Assembly (NCBI GenBank): GCA_050084515.1
Contig: CM114271.1
Coordinates: 12,400,001 to 12,464,000 of the forward strand
From: Blasia pusilla
Lineage: Eukaryota
Direction: 5' to 3'
Length of the DNA stretch: 64,000 nt
The position numbers and the translations under genes were made by a program. Within the stretch, counting starts at the first letter, position 1. Each line of letters starts with the position of its first letter. This document shows positions 13,787-25,889 of the stretch, piece after piece. The notes under the pieces were generated by a model. That model saw only the letters and a list, made by a program, of their open reading frames with translations. It was not told the origin of the DNA and made no database searches.

Positions 13787-14479
13787 ATTTAGGACTTGGT
13801 GTGACTTCCAACGGGCCAGGAACTCTCGAGAGTTCAGCTGGTTTACAACATGAAACGGTATGTTCCAGCATTTAGAGGGGGCACCCATGGACGATTACCA
13901 TGAGTTCTCCCATAGATATGCCGAGGAGATTGAGGCATGGAGACTCTACTATGACCCACACTATGTGTCATGGACGGAGCCGTTCCTAGATGAGGAGGAG
14001 GAGTCTGGAGAGGCTACTTACTGTTCCATTTATGATGTTTAAGGAGGGGTCACTCGCACTGGAGCAGTTGCACCATCTAGTTGGGTTCGTCCCAAGTTCA
14101 ACCCTGTGGTTGAGTTCTTTGCTGAGATCAGGGCGAGCTACTAGGGGTACGGACGGAAAAGTTGCGGAGCATCCACGACTTCTAGAGGCACCCAGGTGAG
14201 AGTTTGTGTGAGGCTTACACTTGCTTGCGCCAATTGATCAACGTCACTTAAGGGGTGACAGAGGCTTAGGCTATGGAGTCATGGTACGCGATGCTGGACC
14301 GGACCCTACAGACATGGGTGCGGGAGGGGTGCTTCTTATGAACACCTCCCCTACGTTGAGAGATGTTCTTAGGACTGCCAAGAACATTGAGCGCAACATG
14401 GCAGAGGAGAGCGTAGCCACCATGGATTCTCGGCAAGAGCAGTCACGATTGGCTGCACCACCTATGGACGGCCACCGTT

Positions 14480-15540
14480 GTGTACCCCACTCCTTTATTT
14501 TCTGCTTCTGATGTTATGATGTTGGGGGTTACGCCCACCGAGGCTCTTCGACTGCCCGCTTCATTATATGAGTGCGGAGTTGGAGTTTCTGCATCACATT
14601 CAGAGGTGATTATAGAGGAGGTGATGGTCTTGCCCTTGGAGCGGATGCTCGAGCCGTCCACGTCAGATTCATGGCAGGCTACGGCTGCAAGGATGGCGGA
14701 GATGCCCGCTAGATCCACGGTAGAGCATGCCATGGCTTCTCCTGGTATTGTGTTGCTGGATAACCAAGGAGAGGTCTTCCAATTGGTTAGTCTCGGAGGT
14801 AGAGCTTTTAGTCCACAACGCGTCTTGTTGGATTCAAGAACGCAACCCCTAATGTTGGGGAAAGCGTCATTAAGAGGATTGGGCTTCACGAGGGCCGATG
14901 TGGAGCGTTGTTCGTTCCAGATACAGACATCCTTGGGTGGAGCAAGTACCACACAGTATATCACCCAACAAGAGGTCGTGGTGAGGATTCGCCCGGGACA
15001 TCCTATAGATGAGTCCATGGTACGAGCCAAGGCGATAGTGACTGATGTAGAGTCGTACGACGTCTTGGCTGGTGGAGCAGTGTTAATTCTGATGGGGTTT
15101 TCCCTGGATTACTGGGAGGAGTCAGCGTCCTATAGTCCAGGATGGCAGCCAGGTGATGGGCGCCTTAGCTCATTACCCGTTCGATTCACAGGTGTAGTGA
15201 TCGAGCGACGGCCAGGAGAGGTGGCGAACTCAGCAGCATTTAGCAGTGCCATCACTTGGCCTAATGATTTGATTGAGGGACATATCCATGCACAGGATAC
15301 TCCCGTTTCTGACATTTCTATGGAGAGGAGTGTTATGGTAGCCGCATCATTCTGTGGAGGAGAGGTGTTGTTGTGGGGCTCAACTGAGGAGCTTCGACGA
15401 TTGGAAGAAGAGCACGTGCAGACCGCGTGGAGCGAGACGTTTGCATCAGAGCGTGACGGATCTGAGGAACCTGAGGTAGCAGGGAGTGCTACGATGACAC
15501 CCTTGGATACCACACCCATTGTGTGGTGTATCCAAGAGGA
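14480..15540 (+). pseudogene. Retropepsin-like protease and linker
   Basis: RVLLDSRTQPLMLG (VLLDSGAQPLILG in the family II copy) and YDVLAG. Confidence 0.8.
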
Positions 15541-16490
15541 GGGTATTTGAGTGTTAGATCTCTTTGGAGGGATTAGCACCGGGTTAGCTGTTGTTTTGCA
15601 AGGAGTGCTAGTGCAGCAATACCTATATGTGGAGAGTAATGATGTTGCAAGGCGCGTCTCACTACAACATGTGGCGCAGTTACGCCTAGATTTTCTTGAC
15701 TTATTGTCTGCATCTACGGTACATGGGTACCAGAGTTCCCTATGGAGGGATATTTTGTTGCTGGAGGCGCATGATTTAGAGTTTAGGAACCATTGATTTG
15801 GTCATTGCCGGTTGGCCATCTCAGGGCCAATCGAATGTTGGACGAGGCAACGGGTTGGCTGACACTCGGTCCATGTTGTTTTGGGAAATGTTGAGGGTCT
15901 TACGACAGTTGTAGGAGCACCAGTCTTGTTCTCCAACCTACATTATGGAGAATGTGCCAATCTTAGGAGACTCCAAGTCATGGGTGGTGACGAGTGCTCA
16001 TCAGCAGTGTTCTTGGATGCGGCGAGTGTAAGTTCTAGAGCCCATCGCCTGAGTCTATGGTGGACCAACTTGGTGCCCCATGCAGTGTTACGGAGGGCGT
16101 ATGCGAGAGTGGAGCGTCCCTCCCATTTGTTAGTGGATCCCATTCTGGATCCAAGTTGTCGGTCACAGGAAGTGAGGCACAATGATCGATCACCGTTGAA
16201 TGTGGTCAAGAGGGTAGGCAGGCCGCGGGCAACGTTGCCCACGTTTGTGAGTTTTCCCGCTTCCTATGCATACAAGGAGGCCAGTCCTGGCTTGGTTTGG
16301 GATGACCAAGTTGAGCGGTTGGTGGAACCCAACGCCGACGAGAGAGAGCGAGCGATGGGATTTCCCACAAGAGTGACGGCAGCACCGTCAATTTCAGAGG
16401 CATCACGACGCCATGTCTTGGGTCATGCTATGGACCTAAACTGTTTGACATTGATCCTTAGCTTGGGAGTGGCTGAGCAGCGCCGTATGA
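15541..16490 (+). pseudogene. DNMT3-like C5 cytosine methyltransferase domain inside pol
   Basis: Motif I VLDLFGGISTG; II YVE; IV DLVIAGWPSQG (~15795-15826); VI YIMENVP (~15940-15960); VIII AHRLSLWWTNL; IX ERERAMGFP; X RRHVLGHAMD. Confidence 0.9.
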
Positions 16491-16780
16491 GATCGCGATA
16501 GATCACTGTGGTTGCATTGGTGAGCCCCATGCCTACCGAGACAGTGGAGGCAATGGTTGGGGGCGAGACTCGAGGAGATCTCCACACCAGGGGAGATCCG
16601 GAGAGACACCCTTGGACTTCTTGGGATGTTTTGCAGGTACGCAAGGAGATGATAGCCACATCATCGAGCGTGGTTCTAGGCACTACACATGGAGGAGACC
16701 AAAGTTTGCATTTGGCTGCGGGAGAGCGGCCGAGTGTTGTTGTTTGAGACGGAGTTGCACCATAGCAACCACCGATACCC

Positions 16781-18235
16781 GTGCCGCAGAGTCCTACCAT
16801 AGTCACGATGGAGACTTGGGAGCCAAATATGGGCCCTAAGTTGATAGGAGGAGAGCGGCGCCGGATACATCACTTCCTCAGGAGTTATAGGAGTTGCTTT
16901 GCGTTTAGCATGGAGGATTTGGGTATGCTGAAGGGACCGGGGATCCACATTGAGTTGTCAAGTGATACGCCACTCTTCCCACGACCCTATAAGTATAGTG
17001 ATATGGAGAGGGATCAGATTCAAAGAAGGAGCGAGGACTTGGTCGGAGGAGGACTAGTAGAGATGTCTCATGGGGAGTATGCATCTGCTAGTGTCATGCT
17101 CACCAAGAAGGATGTGCATGGCAACTGGATAGATAGGCGGATGTGTGGGGATAGTTTGATAGGTATGCCATGCCTACCCGTGAGGAGATCTTTGATGCGA
17201 TTGGTCACGTAAAGGTCTTCAGTTCATTTGATTTGCGAGCCGAATACCATCAGCTGCCTATCAGATTGGAGGATAGGCAGGAGACGGAATTTTGGGGCAT
17301 CGATCCTCACGGGAAGGATTGTTTGTACCAGTGGCCGTTCTTACCATTTGGGTTAAAGAACGCCCCAACAGAGTTTCAGAGGGTCATAGATAAGATCTTG
17401 GCTCGTCTGGATTTTGCTAGGTGTTATATTGATGACATTGTAGTCTTTAGCGCCACGGTTGAGGAGCATGAGCGACATCTAGAGGAGGTGTTTCGACGAT
17501 TGCAATTACATGGGCTGAAGCTAGATACAGGCAAGTGCAAGTTCTTCTACGACCAGATTGAGTACTTGGGTCATACAATATACCCAGGGGGCTTGGTATT
17601 CAGCAGACGAAGGTAGAGGCTATCTCATGCATTCCACGCCCTAAAGGTGTGATCCGTGTTCGCGTATTCATGGGATTGGCGAACTTCTATCGACGGTACG
17701 TCAAGGGATTCAGTTTGATTGCAAAACCGCTAACCTTGCTGACCAAGATGGATCACGAGTGGCACTTGGGGGATGAGCAAGAGCAAGCATTTCAGTTGCT
17801 CAAGGATAGGTTGACGTCCGCGCCTATCTTGAGGAGACTGATCAGGGGGCGTCCTTTCCAGTTGCACACAGATTGGAGCATGTTGGGGCTTGGAGCGGTG
17901 CTCACCCAACATGATGATGAGGGTAGAGAGTTTGTGGTGGCTTACGGTAGCTGCTCAAAAAATGCTGCAGAGGTGAAGTACAGCTCGTATGAGGGTGAGT
18001 GGTGGCTGCAGTATGGACTTTCGCGCATTTCAGCTGTTACTTATTTGGCATACCCTTTACCATCATCACTAATCATCAACCATTGAAGTGGTTGATGGAG
18101 TCCGAAAAGCTTACAAGGAAACTTGCGAGATGGGCTCTGTTGTTGCAGGAGTATGATTTTCAAGTGGTACATAGACCTGGGACGCTCAACGAGGATGCAC
18201 ATGGGTTGAGTCGTAACCCATGCCCGAGTCGATGA
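16781..18235 (+). pseudogene. Reverse transcriptase and RNase H
   Basis: RRMCGD, FDLRAEYHQ, LPFGLKNAP, CYIDDIVVFS, LHTDWS, LARWALLLQEYDF..HRPG. Confidence 0.95.
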
Positions 18236-18436
18236 GATGCGACTGGAGCTCGATGGCATGAAGAGAGTGATGAGGAGTCAGTGCGAGGATGGCACGCGTC
18301 AGCCTATTTAGGCATGTTGGCTATGGAGAGACAAAGTGTGGAGACTTTGATGGCGAGGTCTAGTGGAGAGTCCTTGGATCACAAGGCCATTGAGGAGACC
18401 ACAGGTGGCTGAAATATTCATGATGATGGAGTAGTC

Positions 18437-19848
18437 TTGGAGTATCTTCGTATCGGCAGCGTTGCAAGCACCATGGGTGCTAGAGAGGGGGATTGGATCC
18501 TACAGCAGGCCAGACAGTTCCGTTGGGAGGGGACACATGTTTTGAGGGTTTGGGAGGATGGTAGAGTAAGCGTAGTGCCGCATCGTTTGCAGAGAGCACG
18601 ACTAGTGCAGCATGCCCATGAGGTCACTTTGGGATGAAGAAGACGTACAACTTGCTCCAGATTCAGTATTGGTGGCGAGGCATGCAGACTGACATTCAAC
18701 AGTTTGTTGCCAGGTGCATGGTGTGTGATCGGGTCCGAGCATCGTTCAATGCTCTGATTCCACAATTGCATCCATTACCGATCATGGGCTTAGGGTATAG
18801 ATGGAGTTTGGATTTTGCAGGACCTCTGCCTTTGACGGAGCGTCACAGTTGTTATGTGTTGGTGATAGTCGAGCTCTTCTCGAAGTGGATCGAGTTCGTT
18901 GCATTGCCTGACAAAGCGAATGAGGGAGTAGCTTATGCCTTCCTTGATAGAGTGTTGAGTCATTATGGTGCACCGGCTAAGGTGTTGACGGACCAGGATA
19001 CCAAGTTTTGCGGTGAGTTCCAGGCCTTGTGTGATGAGGCGCTGATCGACCATCGCACGACTTTGCAAGATCAACTTGAGGCGGATGGATTAGCGAAGAG
19101 AGTTGTGCAAACAGTGAAGAGGGGTCTATGCAAGTATGGCTTGCAGAGAGTTCACCTAGGAGATTGGGACCTCCAATTGTCGTGGTTGGCGATGGGATAC
19201 AGATTCAGCAAGAAGGCATCCTTAGTATCTTTTTCACCGTACTTGCTACTTTATGGCGGAGAGCCAGATTTACCTGCAGCCATTCATCGAGATGCTGGTG
19301 AGGTGCTGGACCTCGAGGACCTAGATGTATGGATGCAAGCATGTTGTCAGACGGCTGAGTTGTTTCAGAGAGTGATGCCGATGGCGTTCGAGAACTTGGC
19401 GATTGCGCAACAGCGGGATACGTTGAGGTATGCGACTATTCGGGGTGGTGGTTATCGACCAACTATCCATAGGTTTCATCAAGGAGATTATGTCTTCTTG
19501 CAACAGACGGCACCGACGAGGTTGGATGTGACTGTATGGCGCACTATCTTGAGAGTGCGTGACATTTTGCCATCCCGTGTTCTCTTGCTGGAGGGACGCA
19601 ATGGTATGGTATGGAAGGACCATGTGCGTGATTTTGCGCCATGTCACCTTGCTAACATTGATGGTACAATAGATCCGAGCTCACTAGTAGTTCCTACAGG
19701 CTTGCGTTGTATGTTGTGTGGTTCTGCTCGTGGTGCGGCCACGATGCTAGTCTGTGATGGATGTTCGAGAGGTTGGCATATGGCATGTCTGGCGCCACCT
19801 CTCACTAGGGTTCTTCGGGGATGATGGATATGTCCCTGATGTACATAG
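18437..19848 (+). pseudogene. DDE integrase with C-terminal PHD finger (19708-19842)
   Basis: HAH..CMVC, WSLDFAGP, LTDQ, ADGLA(E/K)R; C4HC3 CMLC..CDGCSRGWHMACLAPPL..WICP*C. Confidence 0.9.
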
Positions 19849-20025
19849 AGGAGATACTAGGTAGGTTTCGATTCCGACTTTTTTTGTGATATGGATGATA
19901 GGAAGGCGACTAACGATGGGGCCACATGAGCACCCGACCTTTCTGCTCTTAGCGTCCTAGAGATGTATGTCGTGGTAGGTAGGGATAGATGGCTAGCTGG
20001 AGTTAGAGGGACCTAACCACCTACT

Positions 20026-20336
20026 AGGGGGGCGATTGGAGATATTTTGGTACTTCTCGCCTCTGTGTATGGATGCCATGAGTTAGCATGGGATTGTGTG
20101 TGTTTGTGTGTGTGTTCGATGACAACGATGTATGTTGTGTTGCGATGTATATGCGCACGATAGGTGTCACGACTGTTAGGATATATTCTAGACCTACTTA
20201 ACACGTCCTCCACTACTCACGAAGGCACTCTGCTAGTTCCCACCGATCTATCCTACCTCGATCTACTGAGCACGTCCTCCACTACTCACGAAGGCGCTCT
20301 GCTAGATCCCACCAATCTATCCTAACAATCGTGACA
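20026..20336 (+). repeat. PPT (20026-20034), block B (20035-20162), GG, start of A (20165-20187), inverted A start (20190-20336)
   Basis: AGGGGGGCG; junction CGATA-GG-TGTCACG; 20190-20336 has two ~65-bp units that are reverse-complementary to 4154-4215 and to 37917-37975. Confidence 0.85.
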
Positions 20337-22975
20337 CGTGGCGTGAGGATATTTTTGGGTATACATAACTAGTGGTCCTATTCAAAACAATTTCTTGTTC
20401 CCAAAAACTTCTCCTCCCGGCCTTTGATATACAAACTCAAAGTGTAAGAATGTGTCTCTCTCTCCCACCCTTACCAAAACACCTTCCCTACCTCTAAAAC
20501 CTAGCTACTTGAATGCCCCCCTTAGCCGTCCCCGCTCCCATGAATACCCCTTAGCCGTCCCGTACCCCCCTGCCATGTGGCCACTAAACAATCTGTGTCG
20601 TTCAGGAAGGCTTCAAAACGCCTGCGTAGTTAGGAGAGGACGGGACCCCGTCCTCTCCTTTAATAATATAGATTGTATCTAAGAAAAGCTATGTGAGGCT
20701 TCGTCAACGTTATCATCTTATGGAACTTTATGGCACAGCAGATCCGATGGGTCGAGGTGGCGTGGCATGAAAGGGAGGTTGGTGTGGGGTCGGGGTTGGC
20801 AGAGATTTACAGCTCATGGCGCTGAACTCTGAATCTTCGAAATCAAGAATTCTACAAAAATCGCCTCTCGATTGATCGTGCTCAAAATATTTGTTAGGGG
20901 TGAAGCCAGAAATCCCGACAATTGCATGCGTAATTAAGCCATGAAATTGGAGTTGAGAGAGGTTGCTGGTAGTTGATGACGGTGGATGCCATCAACCGGC
21001 ATCGACCTCGCCAACGGTAGCTATGGAATTGAGGCACGAAATTTCCTCTCGGAGATAAGACAGGCCGAGGCGATTTCTTGTGGAGGGGCGCTAGTATTGG
21101 TGTCGCTTGCGATGGATAGTTTCTGTCATCAGATCTTTTACTTACTCCCCGTTTGTGCAGATGTCTCGATTCAACTCGATTGTGAGAACCCTCGCTCGCT
21201 CGCTGTGGAGCTTACTTGTGGACGACAAACAGACGCAGAGAGGTATATGCAGCGAAGAAGGGCACCGTCAAACAATTAGGTAACTCTAGACAGGCGGGCG
21301 GCCGAGGTTGGTTCGGCCAGATGAGGTCACGTCTTGTGTCGAGACCGGGGAACACCACGAATCATCCTAGTCTTCATGGACAGCGTTGGGCCCCGGCTCC
21401 CAGATCCTAAAATTTTGTGATTCTTAGGAGGGAAAGCAGAGGGATCAAACTTCCTCCCCAGTTTGATCCCTTTGACGAAAATTTACAAGTTGGTTTAGTT
21501 GTCCTGATTGCATGCAGCCTACGATTACTTTCGCACAGCTTTTCAAACATTGGGTCCTATCTCATCTCCAGGAGTCTAGCTCCGGTAGGCTCGATCTGTA
21601 CTCTGGGGCTAGATCTAGATTTCGGACAGGATAGATTTCGTCCCTTCTGAGCCCTATGACCGATCGAGCTCTGAACTAAATCCCCGAAGAAACGTAGTTG
21701 CTTTGCCAAGGAGGCTAGCTATCTAAGAAACCATAATACCTAGGTCCTTCGACGAGTAGATCTAGATCACCTTGCAAGGGTTACCGTTCAAGCTATTTCG
21801 ACGGATTCAAGTGTGTTTATAAGCAGCTGACTGAACTGCGTTTATCACGACTCCCGGAATTCTGTGCACGCTGAATTCTGCGTTCATTAACCTCTAGCCG
21901 CGCGCGCCTGAGTGTCGTTAACTAGCTCCTTGCAGCGACTACAGATGAGATCGTGCGTACGTAAGTATTCATCATATGCCTCGAATCAGATTTTCATAGT
22001 CAAGTTTCTGAAGATGACGCAGGCTCAAGACCACATAAATCAATCCCTTGCTGCAAACCCAGTTGATTCTCCAGCTGTACTGAAGACTTGAGATAATCGG
22101 AATTGAATTGATTTCTGATTAATAACCATAAAAAAATGAATTTACTTCTGGTAGATACATATCCGAATACGAATTCCCGGTTAAACGCAATCGACGATAC
22201 TCATGTGCCATCCCTGGAGTAGATAGATGTGCCATAGCTTTGCATGACTGAGTTTGCATTATTATCATCAGGTCCCCACCACGCTATCTCAAGCAAGAAA
22301 AGCCCACTTCAACAAAAGAGTGCTGGAAAATGGCGTAATCAGCTTTTATTCTATATATTCCACGGAATGTTTCTTCGCTGTCGAGATTCGAACTTTGTCA
22401 AGGTTATATTTAGTTCTGAAATATCGACAGATGTGCTTGTCGCCGTCGCGTAATACACTAATGTACGCCCACTAAGAACATTGATAGTCGTGTTCACATC
22501 CACAGTTACAGTCAACTGGCTACCAAATTGATTACATTTGGACGAATTGGAGATAGATTCGCACCGTGTAAAATTCCGTTTGAAGATAACTTGAGTCAAG
22601 AGGACTCGAGGAGCGAAAAGGCGTAAAGCTCACTCTAATCTCTACGTGATGTGTTGTTGTTCGTGGCCGGGATAGTGAGCTCCATCCCGATGTATTGACC
22701 GTCCACGTCGCTGCCTGGCCACTGTAACGTCCGCTGACCAAGTACAATGCCCTATTCACAGGGTATATCTCTCAGCTATTCACATAGAGCACGCGTGTTT
22801 CAAGTTTACGAAACGATGCGGGAAACTATTGCTGGAGAATTCCGCCTGTATCCAGTGCGCAACAACTCCAGCTTTAGACGAATTCTTGCTACAGTTTTTG
22901 ACCATTCATGCTCAGTCATAATTTTCCTTACTTTATATGAGTCTATATGGCTCTGAATTTTCGCACACTTATTAA

Positions 22976-23006
22976 TCACCGTATCCCTCTCTGAGGGATA
23001 CGGTGA
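22976..23006. repeat. Perfect 14-bp hairpin
   Basis: TCACCGTATCCCTC-TCT-GAGGGATACGGTGA. Confidence 0.9.
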
Positions 23007-25806
23007 CAGCCGATTAATCCGCGCTGACTAGCGGATGAGGAAGGGCATGTACTTTCAACTTGAAAGGCAAAAGTAATCACAACAGCATATCCACTTTGTT
23101 TGACGGGAATATGTATGTGAGACAAAGGAGCAAACTTTAGGCAGTTTGAGTATTCCTGCGAGTTTTGAAAACGAAAGCCAGATTTGCGGGGGCGTCGACA
23201 CGCTCTGCAGTGACATCCATACTCTGCAGGTAATTTGGATTACCATCCTTGTGCTTTAAACTGAACCCTAATAGCCCTTCGAAAATCAGCGAGACATCTT
23301 TAATGTATTGCTCGAGTAACAAGTAATGAAGATGGATTCGTTTGTCAGGACGCTCTTATCAATCTTGGGTTTCGTCCAGATTCAGTGATAGTTATTTGAA
23401 CAGGGGTCCTCTTGCACAAGAATATTGATATCCGTCCACTGCGTACCTTTGCGACGCTGGACCGGGGTGCCTGGAACAGTTATGTGGTGCACGAGTACCA
23501 CCTCCGTCATTCAGGATTCGACAATTGCAAGTAAACGAGTATTGAGCTCGGTCGATAATAATTATCGCAAACATGGTGGCCAGACGAAGCTGACTGTCCA
23601 GAACGTGGGTACTGCTGCTGGCATTCAATTTTGATTCTTTAGCAGCATCCGATTACGTCGGGAAGCATATAGTCATGTGGAGCTAAGTGCACAGTTGTAG
23701 TGATGCAAAATTTGCGGTTGCAAGAGCTAAATTTGTTCTGCTGTCTATATGCCCAGGATTTCGACCGGATCCCCCGCGTGCGAGCTCAGTTCGCATCGTC
23801 TAAGCCGGGAGACCCGATTAGTTGAACTGTGAAACTTTTAAGCGGTAGCAGTACATGGACCATACAGATCATCCAAAGTCGAGACATTGAAACGCCCACA
23901 CTACACTTGGACAGATGTGGATCCATATAGTCCAGACGTACAGAATTTGGGGTATGTTCTCTCCAGCCATATGTCTCAACCGCATCGCATCGTGAGCATC
24001 CATCCCATCGTCAGCAAAGCGTGGCTAGTGCCGATGTGGGTCGCACCCACACAGACTCACAATCAAACAATTCACCAATTTTCTTTCTCATAGGAATGGG
24101 GCGATATGAATTGATTCGCGGTAGGAAACCGCATCGGAACAACTTTCGTTGAACATGTTCTATCGTCCCATGCGCCAATGAGTGCGTTGGAAAATGTATC
24201 GCATATTGGGCTCCGGGCTTGCCATTCGTTGCCCCGGTGCCTCGCTCACACATCCCGCACATGCGTGATATCACCTCCAGGTCGTCACTGAGCGTTCCGG
24301 TCCCACTGACTTGAGTGTTGCTAAAACACTGACAATCCCTTCGACCAGAGATCTGGTCTCCAAATCCCTTCCCGAAACATTTGATGGCAGCTGACCCGAT
24401 CCCTCCACTATTCGCGTATCAATTACAAGTACATGCTCACTTTTCAACCCAGCGCCTAGCTTTATAGAACCTACTAGTTTATGATTATCATAGGTGACCT
24501 GATTCGTACCGCGTCCGGTCCGGTTAAGCTCGACACCTTGAAATAGACCTTACCCCGGGAGGGCTCTGTCTAGGAATGTCGTGTCAAAGGGAAAGTTTAC
24601 TCCTACGGCCATGTCTGTCTGCATACCCGAGCTCATTCGGAACAGATTGGTCGACTAAATTGCAACCTTAAGTATGACGAGATTATGACTCGGTACGTCG
24701 CACTTCCATGTACAAGATGAGATCAATCATATATAACTACCAGTCTGTCTGCCTGCCTGCCGGCCGGCTTGCTTTGTGCAAGCGGCTCCACACTTTGTCT
24801 TGCATGTAGTAGGGTCTTCCTCAGTTTTTACAGTCACTCGTAGGTAGTTCAATAAGCCAACGCAGTGCGTGCCATGGGCTGGCACTCGCATCCGCCACTC
24901 CACTGACTCATACTACTTGATGTCAAATCGATGAGCTTGGTACCACACATGAGTCACACAGTACGCAACGCTGTTGGTTTCACTAGACTAAGTTTGCTTC
25001 CAAGATCATGAAGTACTTACTGACTACGTATTGGAAGTTCGTACGAACGTTATCGATTGTCCAGAGATCCTTGGCAGATCTTGAGTCAAACCTAGTACTC
25101 TAACGACATTTTCTGTCACTAGCAAGATGACAATAGAACCCACAAGTTGTGACAATTCGTGGAATTGACAGAACATTTTACTATTAAGGCCTTAATTGGC
25201 GTTCACACTTGCTGAACGAACGAAGGATTCCGAAGGAAGAAACGTCTAGACAATGTGCTTCTCTGCAAATCGCACGGGGGGGCAATATAGAACTGCTATG
25301 ATTGATTGCTACTTTGAAAACTACATAATCTGCAAGTGAAATCAGAGCTTTATGGGTGAGTAACGCACGTCACATGCGTTTAGTTGGCGATCGAGTAAAA
25401 TTGGAGGAACATTCCGCGCACGTGCAGTCGTCATGATTCTCTAGGCTCGACCTTCATTTCGTGGCAGTCCAGAGGTTCCAAAGACATCTAGCACGGTGAG
25501 ATGTCAGACCATCCCATAATGTTCCTCATCTGTAAAGGTTCCTTCCCATTAAAGACATCATTCACCCTGGCCATCAACGACAAAGGCGCCCGGAAAGAGC
25601 TCGCATCTCGATCCTCCCGTCAACCTCTACGCAGGAAAGCAACGAGTCTCATCTTCTGGCTGGTGAGGCTCCAGGGGGTAAAACCCCATTGAGTGAACCA
25701 ACCCCCACCATCTCCATCTCTGTCGTTCGAGTGGGCATCTTCCTCCGGTCAACGAGCACGCAAGAAAGCACTCGCTCCATTGGTGGCCAGCTCCGTAGTC
25801 CAGATA

Positions 25807-25889
25807 AATACTCCTCCAAAATAATTCCGAACCCCAATTCATTTCGGTATTTTACAAGTTGGGGTTCGGAATTATTCTCGAGGAGTATT
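25807..25889. repeat. 31-bp-arm inverted repeat (possible miRNA-like hairpin)
   Basis: 25807-25837 versus 25859-25889, 2 mismatches, 21-nt loop. Confidence 0.75.

Larger units (their letters stand above)
6309..14450 (+). pseudogene. gag of the family I element, split by the chromovirus (6309-6480 plus 13792-14450)
   Basis: FSDAVGTIGLHDFIAEF resumes as TWCDFQ after the insertion, matching family II gag; SPTLRDVLRTAKNIERNM is shared with 40290-40350. Confidence 0.7.
4025..20336 (+). mobile_element. DNMT3-PHD Ty3/Gypsy element, family I, with inverted (DIRS1-like) terminal layout; interrupted by a chromovirus
   Basis: Starts TGTCG (4025), ends TGACA (20336); flanks CGTA/CGTG (4-bp TSD, 1 mismatch); contains PR, C5-MTase, RT, RH, IN and PHD motifs. 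Confidence 0.85.
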
